The position numbers and the translations under genes were made by a program. Under the pieces are notes generated by a model. That model did not search any database. It was not told the origin of the DNA and saw only the letters and a list, made by a program, of their open reading frames with translations. Shown here piece by piece: positions 9,088-19,549 of a DNA stretch of 64,000 bases; position 1 is the stretch's first letter; each line of letters starts with the position of its first letter. The DNA lies in IMG/VR virus record IMGVR_UViG_3300033182_000678, positions 1-64,000 of that record; one strand, written 5' to 3'. This DNA comes from a virus.

Positions 9088-9496
9088 CCCAACTCACTTC
9101 CCAATCTTTAAATTCAGATGCAATACAATCTACCTTATAATCTTTTCTACCACCAACCACTTCCATGATTTTATTTACGGCAGTATTTCTAATTCCATTT
9201 AATCCATGAGTTAACATAAGATTATCACTACCCTTTTCACCTTTACGAACTTGTGATTCATTATACCAAATGTGTGCGTTCATTTGTGATAATACTACAA
9301 TGGCTCTAATTACTTCACCTGTAATCTCACCTTTGTGTTCTTTTAGTATTAGATTTATATCGTGAACCATATCTTGCATTTCACTTGCATAATTCTTTTT
9401 ATTTTCAGGTATAAAAACCTCTTTTAATTGATGAATACTTAATCTATCAATTAATTCACCTAATGTTGGTAACCATTTTCTATTTTTTGATTTCAT
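9065..9496 (-). CDS. hypothetical helical protein (DUF4254/DUF6165-like)
   Basis: LGELIDRLSI...N..IW..E..R...N..R pattern; start taken at MKSKN. Confidence 0.55.
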   Translation of the reverse strand: MKSKNRKWLPTLGELIDRLSIHQLKEVFIPENKKNYASEMQDMVHDINLILKEHKGEITGEVIRAIVVLSQMNAHIWYNESQVRKGEKGSDNLMLTHGLNGIRNTAVNKIMEVVGGRKDYKVDCIASEFKDWEVSWDVPRNKK

Positions 9497-10505
9497 CTTT
9501 AAACTCCTCATATGTATTAAATTTAACTTGACCTTGATTCATAAACTTTGTTATGTTCTCACGACTCATTTTTGTAATAACTTGATACCAATTATTATCT
9601 CTTCTTTTCTCGTGAGTCATTTTATCTTGGTCTTCATCCAAAACATAAAATCTTTTCTTAGGATGATTTCTGTTATGAACTTTTAATATATTTTTGATTA
9701 CAAATTGTCTATAATCACTACCCATCATTTTTTTACACGCAAATATAAAACTTGTATCATCTCCCACCATACTTACTGCAGGTGGTAAATTAACACCACC
9801 TCTAACTAATTGAGAACTTATGACTAAACAACTACCATCAAATTTAGGTTCTGTAATTAATTGAACATCAAGTTCTTTTGTCTTGTCATTAACTTCTTCC
9901 ATTTCCTCTTGTGACATAGTATATCTAATACTCCAAGGTGATGTTAATGCCAACCTTGTGTCCTCTTCAGTATCCATGTCGTAATATGGTTTATTAGTAA
10001 ACTCAGGATGTTCTAATACTCTCCAACTCTCATCCCACATTTTTCTCAATGCAAATGTTAATGCATATCTGTATATTTCTTGTGAATCAGCATATTCTCT
10101 TACAACCTCTAACACATGAAAGAATTCTCTTGGTAATAAACAATCACTTTCACCCCATACTAAATAATCAACTACATTACACCACTTATAGTTAAAGTCT
10201 CTTCTGTAGTCTGCAATACAATATGGTTTATATTGTTGGTAAATTTGACTCTTCACTAACACACCCAATTTACTAACTTCTGAACATTTTTCATTGAACC
10301 TTCTAATTAATTCTTTTTTAGTTACTTGATTTTTATCTACCGACTCAAAAAATTCAGAAATATTAAAAAACATATCCACTATGACATTTTTAGGATTTTC
10401 AACTATTTCAAGTGCTCGTTTTATTGAGTTTAAATATTCATCTAACATTTCTATTTCATAGAACATTACATGACAACCTATTGCATATTTATTTTTTAAG
10501 TTCAT
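9480..10505 (-). CDS. putative GT-A glycosyltransferase
   Basis: ESD (DxD-like), GDDT, HNR; island context. Confidence 0.5.
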   Translation of the reverse strand: MNLKNKYAIGCHVMFYEIEMLDEYLNSIKRALEIVENPKNVIVDMFFNISEFFESVDKNQVTKKELIRRFNEKCSEVSKLGVLVKSQIYQQYKPYCIADYRRDFNYKWCNVVDYLVWGESDCLLPREFFHVLEVVREYADSQEIYRYALTFALRKMWDESWRVLEHPEFTNKPYYDMDTEEDTRLALTSPWSIRYTMSQEEMEEVNDKTKELDVQLITEPKFDGSCLVISSQLVRGGVNLPPAVSMVGDDTSFIFACKKMMGSDYRQFVIKNILKVHNRNHPKKRFYVLDEDQDKMTHEKRRDNNWYQVITKMSRENITKFMNQGQVKFNTYEEFKDEIKK

Positions 10506-11244
10506 AATTCTCCTTGACTTGATTCCATACTCCCATCATTAATTGATTCCTTTGTGTCTTTTCAAAACCATTGAAGTGCCACACATGACCAACTTCCCAC
10601 ATAGGACATAATCCACCCAAAACACCTCTCAAGTGTAATTGTGATAAGTTAAACCTTTCATCAAGATATTTTAGTTCATGTTCACTCGCACGAATCATGT
10701 AGTTGACTGGTGTTTGGTCTGACCCTTTCTTAAGTGTTTCATGTTGTCTCTTTCTAAGTTCATCTTCATTCTCAAGATAAAAGTCTATAATTTCTTTACA
10801 TAAATCTTTGTGTTTCCTACTCATCACAATGAATCCACAATTAAAATAACTTGTCCAATCAAACTTAACATCAGGCCAGAAATCTTGATACCCTTTAATA
10901 CTATTATGTGTCCATTCAATATTAAACTTATCCATGACTGCACTGAACTCACCATCTGTTTGTTCAAAGAAGTTAGGACAATCCCAATGAACCATTGTGT
11001 CCACATCCACTAATGCAACTTGGTCATACTCTATCTCATTGGATTCAAGTATTTCATGTACCCACCATCTTTGCCATGTTGGTTTCATGATTGACTTGTC
11101 TCTTATTTCTTGGTCAAGTACAAACAACTCTACATTATTTTTCTTACACCAGTAGTCCCATGATTTGAAACACCATTCTTTATAATCTAATATATCAGGT
11201 GCACCATCCATACATGTCATAAATACTACATTTTTTCTGTCCAT
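10489..11244 (-). CDS. glycosyltransferase (GT8/GT34-like)
   Basis: DVDT, FNCGF, DQ, HFNG. Confidence 0.8.
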   Translation of the reverse strand: MDRKNVVFMTCMDGAPDILDYKEWCFKSWDYWCKKNNVELFVLDQEIRDKSIMKPTWQRWWVHEILESNEIEYDQVALVDVDTMVHWDCPNFFEQTDGEFSAVMDKFNIEWTHNSIKGYQDFWPDVKFDWTSYFNCGFIVMSRKHKDLCKEIIDFYLENEDELRKRQHETLKKGSDQTPVNYMIRASEHELKYLDERFNLSQLHLRGVLGGLCPMWEVGHVWHFNGFEKTQRNQLMMGVWNQVKENYELKK

Positions 11245-12125
11245 AAGACTCTTACTCCTTCAATGTAATCTAATAAATCAACACCAGGTTTCCAACCCAA
11301 TAACTCTTGTGCCTTTGTATCTGTACAAAGTGTTTCTTGAACTTCACCTGGTCTCTTTGGTATGTAAGTGTATCCCCAATCAAATGATTGTGCAACCACA
11401 TTGATTGAATAATTTTCACCTCTACCTAATTCAAATATTTCTCCATTCACTTTATCTTTAATTGTATCTAATACCAAGGCGTCTCCACACTTTACAATTC
11501 CATCCACGATATCAAATACATGTGTGAAATCTCTTCTCTGTTCACCATCACCTGTAATGGTTAATTCTTTACCCTCTTTGAATTGTTTCTCAAAGATACC
11601 AATTACCGTACAATATTCACCATCGGTTAATTGATGTGGGCCGTATACATTATAAAACCTACATATACTCATTGGTATATCATATGTTTTATGATACATC
11701 TGAATCACCTCTTCACCTTGCCACTTTGTAAAGGTATATGGGTTTTTATATACTCCACCATGAAAACTACTTGACCCTGCATATATTATTGGTATCTTTT
11801 CTTCTTTATTTCTAATCCATTCTAATAAGTTTAGTGTTCCAAGTACATTTGCCTCAAATGTTATTGCAGGAAACTCAAATGATGGTTGGATTCTTGGAAG
11901 TGCTGCAAGATGATAAATTATATCAGGTTTCTCCATGAAGAAATCAAAGTCAATTGCATCTCTTAAATCTACATTATAATATTTAACATTTTTATTGTCT
12001 ATTTCATTCTCTTCTTTACCTGTAGAATAGTTATCCAAACTAACAACCTTATGACCATCATCCAATAATCTTTCAATCAAGTTAGTTCCTATGAAACCTG
12101 CTCCACCTGTTACTAATACATTCAT
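11226..12125 (-). CDS. NAD-dependent nucleotide-sugar epimerase/dehydratase
   Basis: TGGAGFIG, YTFTK, RFYNVYGP, RDFTHV. Confidence 0.92.
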   Translation of the reverse strand: MNVLVTGGAGFIGTNLIERLLDDGHKVVSLDNYSTGKEENEIDNKNVKYYNVDLRDAIDFDFFMEKPDIIYHLAALPRIQPSFEFPAITFEANVLGTLNLLEWIRNKEEKIPIIYAGSSSFHGGVYKNPYTFTKWQGEEVIQMYHKTYDIPMSICRFYNVYGPHQLTDGEYCTVIGIFEKQFKEGKELTITGDGEQRRDFTHVFDIVDGIVKCGDALVLDTIKDKVNGEIFELGRGENYSINVVAQSFDWGYTYIPKRPGEVQETLCTDTKAQELLGWKPGVDLLDYIEGVRVLWTEKM

Positions 12126-12134
12126 CTTTTTCTC

Positions 12135-12824
12135 CTATATTTTATAAGTCTCAAATTTAGCTCCCTCTAATCTCAAGTTTATAAATGGATTGAGAGAACA
12201 AATATTCACATCATTAAAATTTAATAATTGTTTTAGTGCAATTGTTTCTTTTTCCATGTTGTTTAGAAATCCTTTTATACCATCCCAATTACTTGCAGAC
12301 TTCCAATCTTTTTCCACATACTCGTGGTAGTACATCTGACCATCAATCTCACCACCATCATGTCCACATAGTATGATGTTCTTTGCACCCATATAATATG
12401 CGATATGGATTGCAGTGGTTACGGTTGAACGACTAACAATAATTTCCTCATCAATATCAAGTTCCATCAACTCCATGTCAAAATCTTTTTTTCTTGGATT
12501 GTGTTTAAACATATAAGAATTAGGATTGTCACAATTGTTTAATCCCTTTTCTTCATAACCTTTATAGTACTGACTATAGATTAATGGTATGTCTTTTTCT
12601 TTAAGTTCTTGTACTAACCTTGGAAATCTTGGTTCTTCGTTACAATCTTTTACAACTACATAATCACAATCAAAGTATCTGAATATATCATTTACTCCAA
12701 GTACTATTTTGTTTTCAAAAAAACTCTTATCTATGTGATTAAGTGAAGGGCCTCCACTAACAATCCATATATCTTTATCTTTGTGTATATTCTGTAATGA
12801 TTTAAAGTCTTTCATAATTCTCAA
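12135..12824 (-). CDS. Maf/DUF115-like (sialyltransferase-fold) glycosyltransferase
   Basis: IVSGGPSL, GVN, AYYMGAKNIILCGHD. Confidence 0.7.
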   Translation of the reverse strand: MRIMKDFKSLQNIHKDKDIWIVSGGPSLNHIDKSFFENKIVLGVNDIFRYFDCDYVVVKDCNEEPRFPRLVQELKEKDIPLIYSQYYKGYEEKGLNNCDNPNSYMFKHNPRKKDFDMELMELDIDEEIIVSRSTVTTAIHIAYYMGAKNIILCGHDGGEIDGQMYYHEYVEKDWKSASNWDGIKGFLNNMEKETIALKQLLNFNDVNICSLNPFINLRLEGAKFETYKI

Positions 12825-13200
12825 TGTCTTCTAATGTTTGTTTCCAATTTGTAAATCTAATACCTTTATCATCAATATAAAACTTTGCATTAGGTTTTCC
12901 CCAAACAACCCTATCTACAAATTTATACATATCGTGTTCTCTTAACCACTCTTCAACTAACTCAACACCTGTCTTTTCATTAACCTTTGGTCTGTTAGGA
13001 TTTGCCTTACAAGTAAAAAGAACTATTTTGTATTTCTTACTTATCTCTTCTAATGATTCATAACTTCCTTCAATGACATCATCATAAATTGTACCATCAT
13101 GAAAACCTTTACTATTTCTATGAATCACTCCATCAAAATCAATCGCGATGGTATTTTTTTCATCTTGATTAATTCTTTCTATTTCTTTATTAATGTCCAT
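12802..13200 (-). CDS. HAD-superfamily phosphatase
   Basis: IDFDGVI, FT, KP, YIDDK. Confidence 0.85.
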   Translation of the reverse strand: MDINKEIERINQDEKNTIAIDFDGVIHRNSKGFHDGTIYDDVIEGSYESLEEISKKYKIVLFTCKANPNRPKVNEKTGVELVEEWLREHDMYKFVDRVVWGKPNAKFYIDDKGIRFTNWKQTLEDIENYERL

Positions 13201-13861
13201 TGTTTAATCTCTTGTATAAAAACTCTGCAAAGTCAAAGTCAATCGGTGTATCAATATCAACTGATTCTAAATCATCCATTACATAAAATAGTGGATTCTT
13301 TCCTACTACATTTTTATATTTTAACATGTTTTCTTTACTGATGATTGATATTCCAAAAGTTAAGTTATAAATCTCTGGTAAATCTTGTGAGTTAGGAACA
13401 TTATCCAAATCATAATTCAATGGTTTATTATCCAACCACAAATATTCTTTAACCCTTGATACTGAATTGTAACTATCGTGTCCCAAATCTAAACAATTAT
13501 TAAATCTGTTAATAAAATCATAATAAGTTTCAACCTTTACCAATGGTGCAGTACATGGTGTGTGCATTATATAATCTGTATCTGTAGTGAATGCTAAGTT
13601 TTCCCAATGTTCTGTATTGGTACATTCATTACTTGCATAATACTCTTCTCTTTTGAAGTAACTAACACCATACTCTTTTGATATTTCAATCGCCTCATCT
13701 GAATTAGTATTAACAACTATATCATCTATAGTATCAACTTGTTTTAGTGTTTCTAATTTTAGTTTTAGTAATGTAGTGTCACCAAAAGGTCGGAAGTTTT
13801 TGTCTTTAACTCTTTGAGAACCAACTCTTATTGGAACTACTGCTGTAATTTTCTTTCTCAT
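13190..13861 (-). CDS. CMP-ulosonate synthetase (NeuA-like cytidylyltransferase)
   Basis: PIRVGSQRVKDKN, TAPL, SQDL, DIDT. Confidence 0.88.
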   Translation of the reverse strand: MRKKITAVVPIRVGSQRVKDKNFRPFGDTTLLKLKLETLKQVDTIDDIVVNTNSDEAIEISKEYGVSYFKREEYYASNECTNTEHWENLAFTTDTDYIMHTPCTAPLVKVETYYDFINRFNNCLDLGHDSYNSVSRVKEYLWLDNKPLNYDLDNVPNSQDLPEIYNLTFGISIISKENMLKYKNVVGKNPLFYVMDDLESVDIDTPIDFDFAEFLYKRLNNGH

Positions 13862-14610
13862 AGTCTATCTTTTATTTCCTTTGCTCTTGTATTGTACTCT
13901 TTAGAAAATCTTTTATAATGTGATGCCTTACTCTCTAACCATAAGGATTCCCATTCCAACATCAATGAAATTATCGTACCCAACTTATTAATATTATTTT
14001 TATTCAATCCTAAAATTACATTTCGTGTCTCAATACAATCTAAGAATCCCTTATCAAATAAGTCTTGGATGAACTCTATACTCTTAGTACCAATATTACC
14101 ACCCATATAGGTTTTCATTCCTAATTTTTTTGATTCTTGTAGGATATAAGTTACTACTCTACAAATCTCATCTGACATTACATCTTGTTTTCCATACCCA
14201 AATGACTTTGTTAAATCTGAACGACCTACCACAACACCACTTAACATTTTACTTGTAGGTGAATCTAATATATAGTCTAAGTTTTTATATGCCTGTACAC
14301 TTTCAATGTTGATAAACTTATTACCATCATAAGGTAGTTTAGTAATAGACTCTGAAAACTTTTGTAATGCAAACCTTGATTCAATCATTGGTGCAACTAT
14401 ACCATCAACTTCTAAATCAATACAACGATTTATATCAGAAATAGCTTCACACCCACCAATCTTTACACTCAAATTTAAATCCAAGTCTCTACATATTTTA
14501 GATATTTTCCAAAGGTCTGAATCCAATACTCCTTCATCTTCAAAAGATTGTTTTATACCTATGACACCTTGGTCTTTAAGTTCATCTAATAATTTTACTA
14601 TATAACTCAT
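13858..14610 (-). CDS. HpcH/HpaI aldolase/citrate lyase family protein
   Basis: KIGGCEA, IVAPMIES, NIES, GRSDL. Confidence 0.8.
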   Translation of the reverse strand: MSYIVKLLDELKDQGVIGIKQSFEDEGVLDSDLWKISKICRDLDLNLSVKIGGCEAISDINRCIDLEVDGIVAPMIESRFALQKFSESITKLPYDGNKFINIESVQAYKNLDYILDSPTSKMLSGVVVGRSDLTKSFGYGKQDVMSDEICRVVTYILQESKKLGMKTYMGGNIGTKSIEFIQDLFDKGFLDCIETRNVILGLNKNNINKLGTIISLMLEWESLWLESKASHYKRFSKEYNTRAKEIKDRL

Positions 14611-15208
14611 TTTGTTTTTCTTGTTTCTCTATTGTCTTTGGATGATATATACATAATTCTTCATGTGGTGGTAGATGTGAGTATGTTTTACAACCTGTAA
14701 TTCTTTCATGTACAGGACTTTCCCATCTTATATCATCTCTGTTTCTAAAAGCCCTACTTTGATAGTCGGGGAAATTAATCCACCCTTGTTCTGTTACTGC
14801 CCAACCCCATTTTTTAATATGGTCTTGTGTGATTCCATCTACGGTATTGATTCTTGGAACATATATTAAATCCACATCATTTATTTCTAATATTTGTTTT
14901 AATTGTGACATCAGAACTTTATGTGGTATCTCATCTGCATCTAAATGAAATATGTAGTCACCTGTTGATTTCTCTATAACTGAATTCTTTTTTCTTGCAA
15001 AGTCATTATTTAACTCTTGTTCATAAAAAACTATATCAGGATATTGTCCATGTATGTATTCATCAAACACTCTCCAACATTGATAATCAGAATAATCATC
15101 ACATATAACAATTTCATCACCCTCATCACGATGTTCTACAAGAAACTCAAGTAGTTTCTTTATCTCTTCGTGTTCATTATGAACGGTTATCCCATAAGTA
15201 ATTTTCAT
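14582..15208 (-). CDS. glycosyltransferase family 2
   Basis: ITVHNE, DDYS, LDADE, VHE. Confidence 0.88.
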   Translation of the reverse strand: MKITYGITVHNEHEEIKKLLEFLVEHRDEGDEIVICDDYSDYQCWRVFDEYIHGQYPDIVFYEQELNNDFARKKNSVIEKSTGDYIFHLDADEIPHKVLMSQLKQILEINDVDLIYVPRINTVDGITQDHIKKWGWAVTEQGWINFPDYQSRAFRNRDDIRWESPVHERITGCKTYSHLPPHEELCIYHPKTIEKQEKQNELYSKIIR

Positions 15209-15693
15209 AATTCAAAATTTTCAATATCTGTTACTTGTTGTTCTAATAATAAATCATCCATAGATTCTTTTGGTAAGTAACGATATTCATCCTCAAGATA
15301 AACTCTTCGTTTTCTACACTCTCTTAGATTATAAGTTCTGAATATGTTGTACTTTTCTATGAAGTCTTTTAGTGTCTTGTATAATTGTCTAATATCTGAT
15401 GATGACATAGTATCTTCAAAATTACCAACTTCTGTGATTCTCTTATCTTTACTTAGTCCACCAAATTGTTCAATCAATGCCTGAAACTTTGATGCAGTTA
15501 TTGGTCTTGATACGGCAGTATCTAATTGTAGTCCTACGAAAAAATATGTAAGTCTACCATTCTTTTTTCTATATGGATGTCTTTTACTCAAACACAATAC
15601 GGTTCTTCTAATTCCTTTTGTTTCATTTTTATTCTTATAAACAAAAGAAACTATTTGACCTGGTTGAACTCTTTCCCAAGATGTGTTTTTCAT
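15205..15693 (-). CDS. hypothetical protein
   Basis: ORF with ATGA overlaps on both sides. Confidence 0.6.
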   Translation of the reverse strand: MKNTSWERVQPGQIVSFVYKNKNETKGIRRTVLCLSKRHPYRKKNGRLTYFFVGLQLDTAVSRPITASKFQALIEQFGGLSKDKRITEVGNFEDTMSSSDIRQLYKTLKDFIEKYNIFRTYNLRECRKRRVYLEDEYRYLPKESMDDLLLEQQVTDIENFEL

Positions 15694-16133
15694 TCTTTAA
15701 TGATTCCCATTTCTTTACATGCATCCATAAATTCATGTTGTCCAAATGCCAATGCATTATCAACATCTAATTTTTCTGTATGTCCCTCATATTGTGGGTC
15801 TTTTAATTCTTCAGGTGTTAATTTAGTTACTTGTGCAAACTTCCACATCCAATTATTCTTAGTTCCATCTGGATAAATAATTCCAAACTTACCCATGTTT
15901 AATACTGATGGAAACCAAGTAATCTTTCTATCATAATCAAATATTGATATCTCATTCATCAATTGTGTTGATGACTCTACTGCCTTCTCAAGTTCCTCTG
16001 TACCATTCTTATAGTATGAATTACTTGTGAATCCACATTGAAAACAAATATAGGAAGTGAAATGTTCAGTAGATTCCTCAAAACATTGTTCTTTAGTGAA
16101 ACAATTTGGACAATTTGTCTTTACTTCTGCCAT
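15690..16133 (-). CDS. hypothetical protein with N-terminal Zn ribbon
   Basis: CPNC...CFQC. Confidence 0.65.
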   Translation of the reverse strand: MAEVKTNCPNCFTKEQCFEESTEHFTSYICFQCGFTSNSYYKNGTEELEKAVESSTQLMNEISIFDYDRKITWFPSVLNMGKFGIIYPDGTKNNWMWKFAQVTKLTPEELKDPQYEGHTEKLDVDNALAFGQHEFMDACKEMGIIKE

Positions 16134-17455
16134 TATATTTTCCTCAACTTCGGTAAACCTTTTTCTACTTTCTTCTCTTCTTTTTTCATATTAGGTAATT
16201 TAATATCAACTTGTTTTGGAAGTGTATCTAATTGTTGGTCAATAATCTGTTCTAACCTATCTCTCATTTTATCATGAGTGAATGTTTTTCTATTGATTAA
16301 CATTAGTTTCTTTCCTTTAACTGCATACTTAGTATAGTTTTTATATACATCTCTAAGTATTTGAGATGCAAGTCCATAATTTACACTAAACCATTCACAT
16401 GTTTCAATAAAGAATTCTTTTGGAAATGACCTTTCAGGTACCTTTACATACTGACCATTTAATTTTACGGTGTTATTCTCATCAAGAAAATCTTGTTGAC
16501 CTGTAGCGACAGGTGCAATAATTGGTTTACCACTAAATGATGCCTCTAATAAAGGTCTACCAAATCCCTCACCATGTGTGAATGATAAATGTGCCTTTAC
16601 CTTTGGATGATTATATAGTCCATTCATCTCATCATCAGTTAGGTCACCATGTAGTAACCAAATTTTTGGAAGTATTTTTGCCTTAACGTCTGATTTAATA
16701 TAATCAACTTTTTTTCTAATCTCTTCTCTATCAACAACTGAGAATCCTGCACTACTTGTTTTTAAAATAAGTCCTGGTGCATCTTTTCTGTTTTTGAATG
16801 ATTCTAAAAATACTTTAATCATCATACCAACATCTTTTCTATCTTCACCAAGACCACCTTGTAACCAATGTCCTGTATATAAGAAGTTCCAATCAGTTGT
16901 TATCTTATTAAATTCATCAACAAGTTGTTTTGAAAATTCATTTGTTTCTTTATAAATATCTGGGTCTGCACCTTCAAATAATGTAGTTAGTTGACTATTA
17001 ACTTTTAATTGACCTATGACATTACCACCTTGGTCTTTTTTGTCATATGATACATTTTTAAAATTAACTGCACTCCACTCTGATGTTATGATATTAACAT
17101 CCATACGATTTAAACCCTCAACCCATGGTGCAGGTGGTATTGTGTGTTCAATACCTGCAGTTACTCCGATGTTCTTTTTTGCAAGTGGTTGAAATTCATT
17201 CGGTACACTAATCTGAAGATGTACTTCAGGTTGTCTTTCAATATTTGGTTGTCTTAAAATTCTTTTGTGAATCTCTTTGTGTATTGGATTATGTTCTTCC
17301 AATGCATTCATTGGTGTATTACCCCATCTCATTGATTGTATTCTAACATCATATTTATCTATCTCAATCAATGCTCTACAAATATCTCTTGTGTGATTAC
17401 CATATCCACTTCTTGTGGCAACTGGTCCTGTAACTAATACTATTGGTTTACTCAT
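16133..17455 (-). CDS. glycosyltransferase family 4
   Basis: SGYG, EGFGRPLLEA. Confidence 0.88.
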   Translation of the reverse strand: MSKPIVLVTGPVATRSGYGNHTRDICRALIEIDKYDVRIQSMRWGNTPMNALEEHNPIHKEIHKRILRQPNIERQPEVHLQISVPNEFQPLAKKNIGVTAGIEHTIPPAPWVEGLNRMDVNIITSEWSAVNFKNVSYDKKDQGGNVIGQLKVNSQLTTLFEGADPDIYKETNEFSKQLVDEFNKITTDWNFLYTGHWLQGGLGEDRKDVGMMIKVFLESFKNRKDAPGLILKTSSAGFSVVDREEIRKKVDYIKSDVKAKILPKIWLLHGDLTDDEMNGLYNHPKVKAHLSFTHGEGFGRPLLEASFSGKPIIAPVATGQQDFLDENNTVKLNGQYVKVPERSFPKEFFIETCEWFSVNYGLASQILRDVYKNYTKYAVKGKKLMLINRKTFTHDKMRDRLEQIIDQQLDTLPKQVDIKLPNMKKEEKKVEKGLPKLRKI

Positions 17456-18876
17456 ACTTCATGTACCTCATAACTTTTTCTTGGTGTCCATTTTTCCCAT
17501 GCAGTTTCCATGTGGTCTTTAAATAACTGACACATATGTCTTGTACTCATCATCCCATCATCACTTGTTACAAATTCGTGTCCAAGTCTACCTGCTTCAG
17601 TTCTCTCTTCAGGTGTCTTATCATACCAATATCTTAATGCATCTGCAACATCAACCCAGTCAACTCTATCATCCATAATAAATGGTGTTGGTACTGAACC
17701 TTGAACTGAACGAGTTCTCGGCCATACTGGTTTTACCCATTCACCATGAGTTAAGTCTTTGTTGTTCTCCCACTTTCTCCAATCGTGTAGTGAGTGGATT
17801 TCTGAATAATCTTGATAAGTTAGATATTCTCCATTAAGTTTGAATCCACATTGGTCTTGTAATCCACCTGTAACATTTACAATGATTGGTGTTCCACACA
17901 TTAATGATTCACAAGTTCCTAATCCGAATCCTTCGTTGGATGCAATATTTACGGTAAGGTCAACTGCATTATATAAATGTCTCATTCCATCATTGTTTAG
18001 TTTTTCCCTTGAGAACACTATATTTAAATCAGGACATAACTCTTCAACAACTGCAGGTAAATCAGTACCATTATTATCAACTGGTTCAGTATGTAGGACA
18101 AATCCTATCTTCTGTTTTTGTTCTTCAGTTAATCCATCTGCGAATGTTTTGAATGCCATAATTAAATCTGAAGTCATTTTTCTTCTGATATTTCTATTGA
18201 TAAAGAGAATAGTAAAGTCTACTTCTTTACCTTTGAATAACTCATTTCTAACTTTGTTTACCTTAAATGTTTCATCTTCATCTACAACAGGATAAAAATA
18301 TTTTTCATTGATTCCATGTGGAACATAAGTAGAATCCCAATCTGTTCTTGGTTTTTTCTGACATACATTTTGAACTATGTTGTGTGTTTGTTTAGAAATG
18401 TTCATAATCAAATCACAACTTTCATAATAAGGTTCGTTCCACCTTGGATAAGGTAAGTTATCCCAAATATTATAATAAAAGATAGGAATCTGTTGTCTTA
18501 TCTCGTGTTCCATTTGATATAACCAAATCCAAAATCTTGGGTCTGTGTAGTGTAGGATTGCATCTGGTTTTTCAATCGCCAGTAACTCTCTCACTAACTC
18601 TTGACTTCCATAACCATCAACTGGATATATTTTTAAACTGGCATCCTCAACACCTGTATTTTCTCTCACTGCCTGATTCATATCTACGATTTTACCTGTA
18701 TCTGGATGTTTGATTGCTCCACCGACTTGAATCCAATCATATTTATCTATAGTCCCAAAGACTATTTCTCTTGACATAGTACCGACACCACTATGCATTC
18801 TTAAATCATCTGACAACAATAAGATTTTCTTCTTTTTTGGTTTTGAAGAAACCTTCTGTAGTTTTGGTAATTGCAT
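17452..18876 (-). CDS. glycosyltransferase family 4
   Basis: PHGI, NRNIRRK, EGFGLGTCESLMCGTP. Confidence 0.9.
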   Translation of the reverse strand: MQLPKLQKVSSKPKKKKILLLSDDLRMHSGVGTMSREIVFGTIDKYDWIQVGGAIKHPDTGKIVDMNQAVRENTGVEDASLKIYPVDGYGSQELVRELLAIEKPDAILHYTDPRFWIWLYQMEHEIRQQIPIFYYNIWDNLPYPRWNEPYYESCDLIMNISKQTHNIVQNVCQKKPRTDWDSTYVPHGINEKYFYPVVDEDETFKVNKVRNELFKGKEVDFTILFINRNIRRKMTSDLIMAFKTFADGLTEEQKQKIGFVLHTEPVDNNGTDLPAVVEELCPDLNIVFSREKLNNDGMRHLYNAVDLTVNIASNEGFGLGTCESLMCGTPIIVNVTGGLQDQCGFKLNGEYLTYQDYSEIHSLHDWRKWENNKDLTHGEWVKPVWPRTRSVQGSVPTPFIMDDRVDWVDVADALRYWYDKTPEERTEAGRLGHEFVTSDDGMMSTRHMCQLFKDHMETAWEKWTPRKSYEVHEV

Positions 18877-18886
18877 CTATAACCTC

Positions 18887-19081
18887 TTAATATTTAGAAC
18901 CACTTGTTTCTAAGTCACTATTCTTTAGAACTTTTTCCTTAAAATCTTCATCATACACAAATAAATGTAAACTACGATTTACTAATTTTTGTAACGAAAA
19001 GTCCTCAGAGATAGATTTCTCCTTGAACTTACGATATAACTCATCAATAACTTTTACCGATGTTAATTTGTCTTCACTCAT
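18887..19081 (-). CDS. small putative DNA-binding (ribbon-helix-helix-like) protein
   Basis: LTSVKV strand followed by two helices. Confidence 0.5.
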   Translation of the reverse strand: MSEDKLTSVKVIDELYRKFKEKSISEDFSLQKLVNRSLHLFVYDEDFKEKVLKNSDLETSGSKY

Positions 19082-19144
19082 AATAATCTCTTTTGTTAGT
19101 TATCTATATATATCCCGAATATATATGTATATATAAATAGTTTA

Positions 19145-19549
19145 TTAATCAAAAATAATAACCTTTTTATCAATTTTTTTAGAATACTTTAGTGCAGAAC
19201 CTGTACCATTTGTCACCTTTCCATCAGTGCAAAATGCAACTACTTTATCACTATACTCAACTAAATCTTTATTTCGTTTATGGTAATTACCAACACTATA
19301 TGGTTTACCATATCTAAATGCACCATATACACAATGTATATTATGTGGTTCATGATATGGTGGAAACTCTGAATAATTTATATCAAAGTCAAGTGAGAAT
19401 TGTTTTGCATATTTATCAGCTCCCTCTCTTGCACCACCACTTACTATTTCTAAATCACTACCAACCTTTTCTTTTAATTTGAAAATAAAGTCTTTTATTT
19501 TTCGTTTGTTGGTGTAAGTTCTACTACCTATGATTGCTACTTTCATCAT
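19145..19549 (-). CDS. SLOG family (YspA/DUF2493-like) protein
   Basis: IIGSR, VSGGAREGAD, RN, GT. Confidence 0.8.
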   Translation of the reverse strand: MMKVAIIGSRTYTNKRKIKDFIFKLKEKVGSDLEIVSGGAREGADKYAKQFSLDFDINYSEFPPYHEPHNIHCVYGAFRYGKPYSVGNYHKRNKDLVEYSDKVVAFCTDGKVTNGTGSALKYSKKIDKKVIIFD

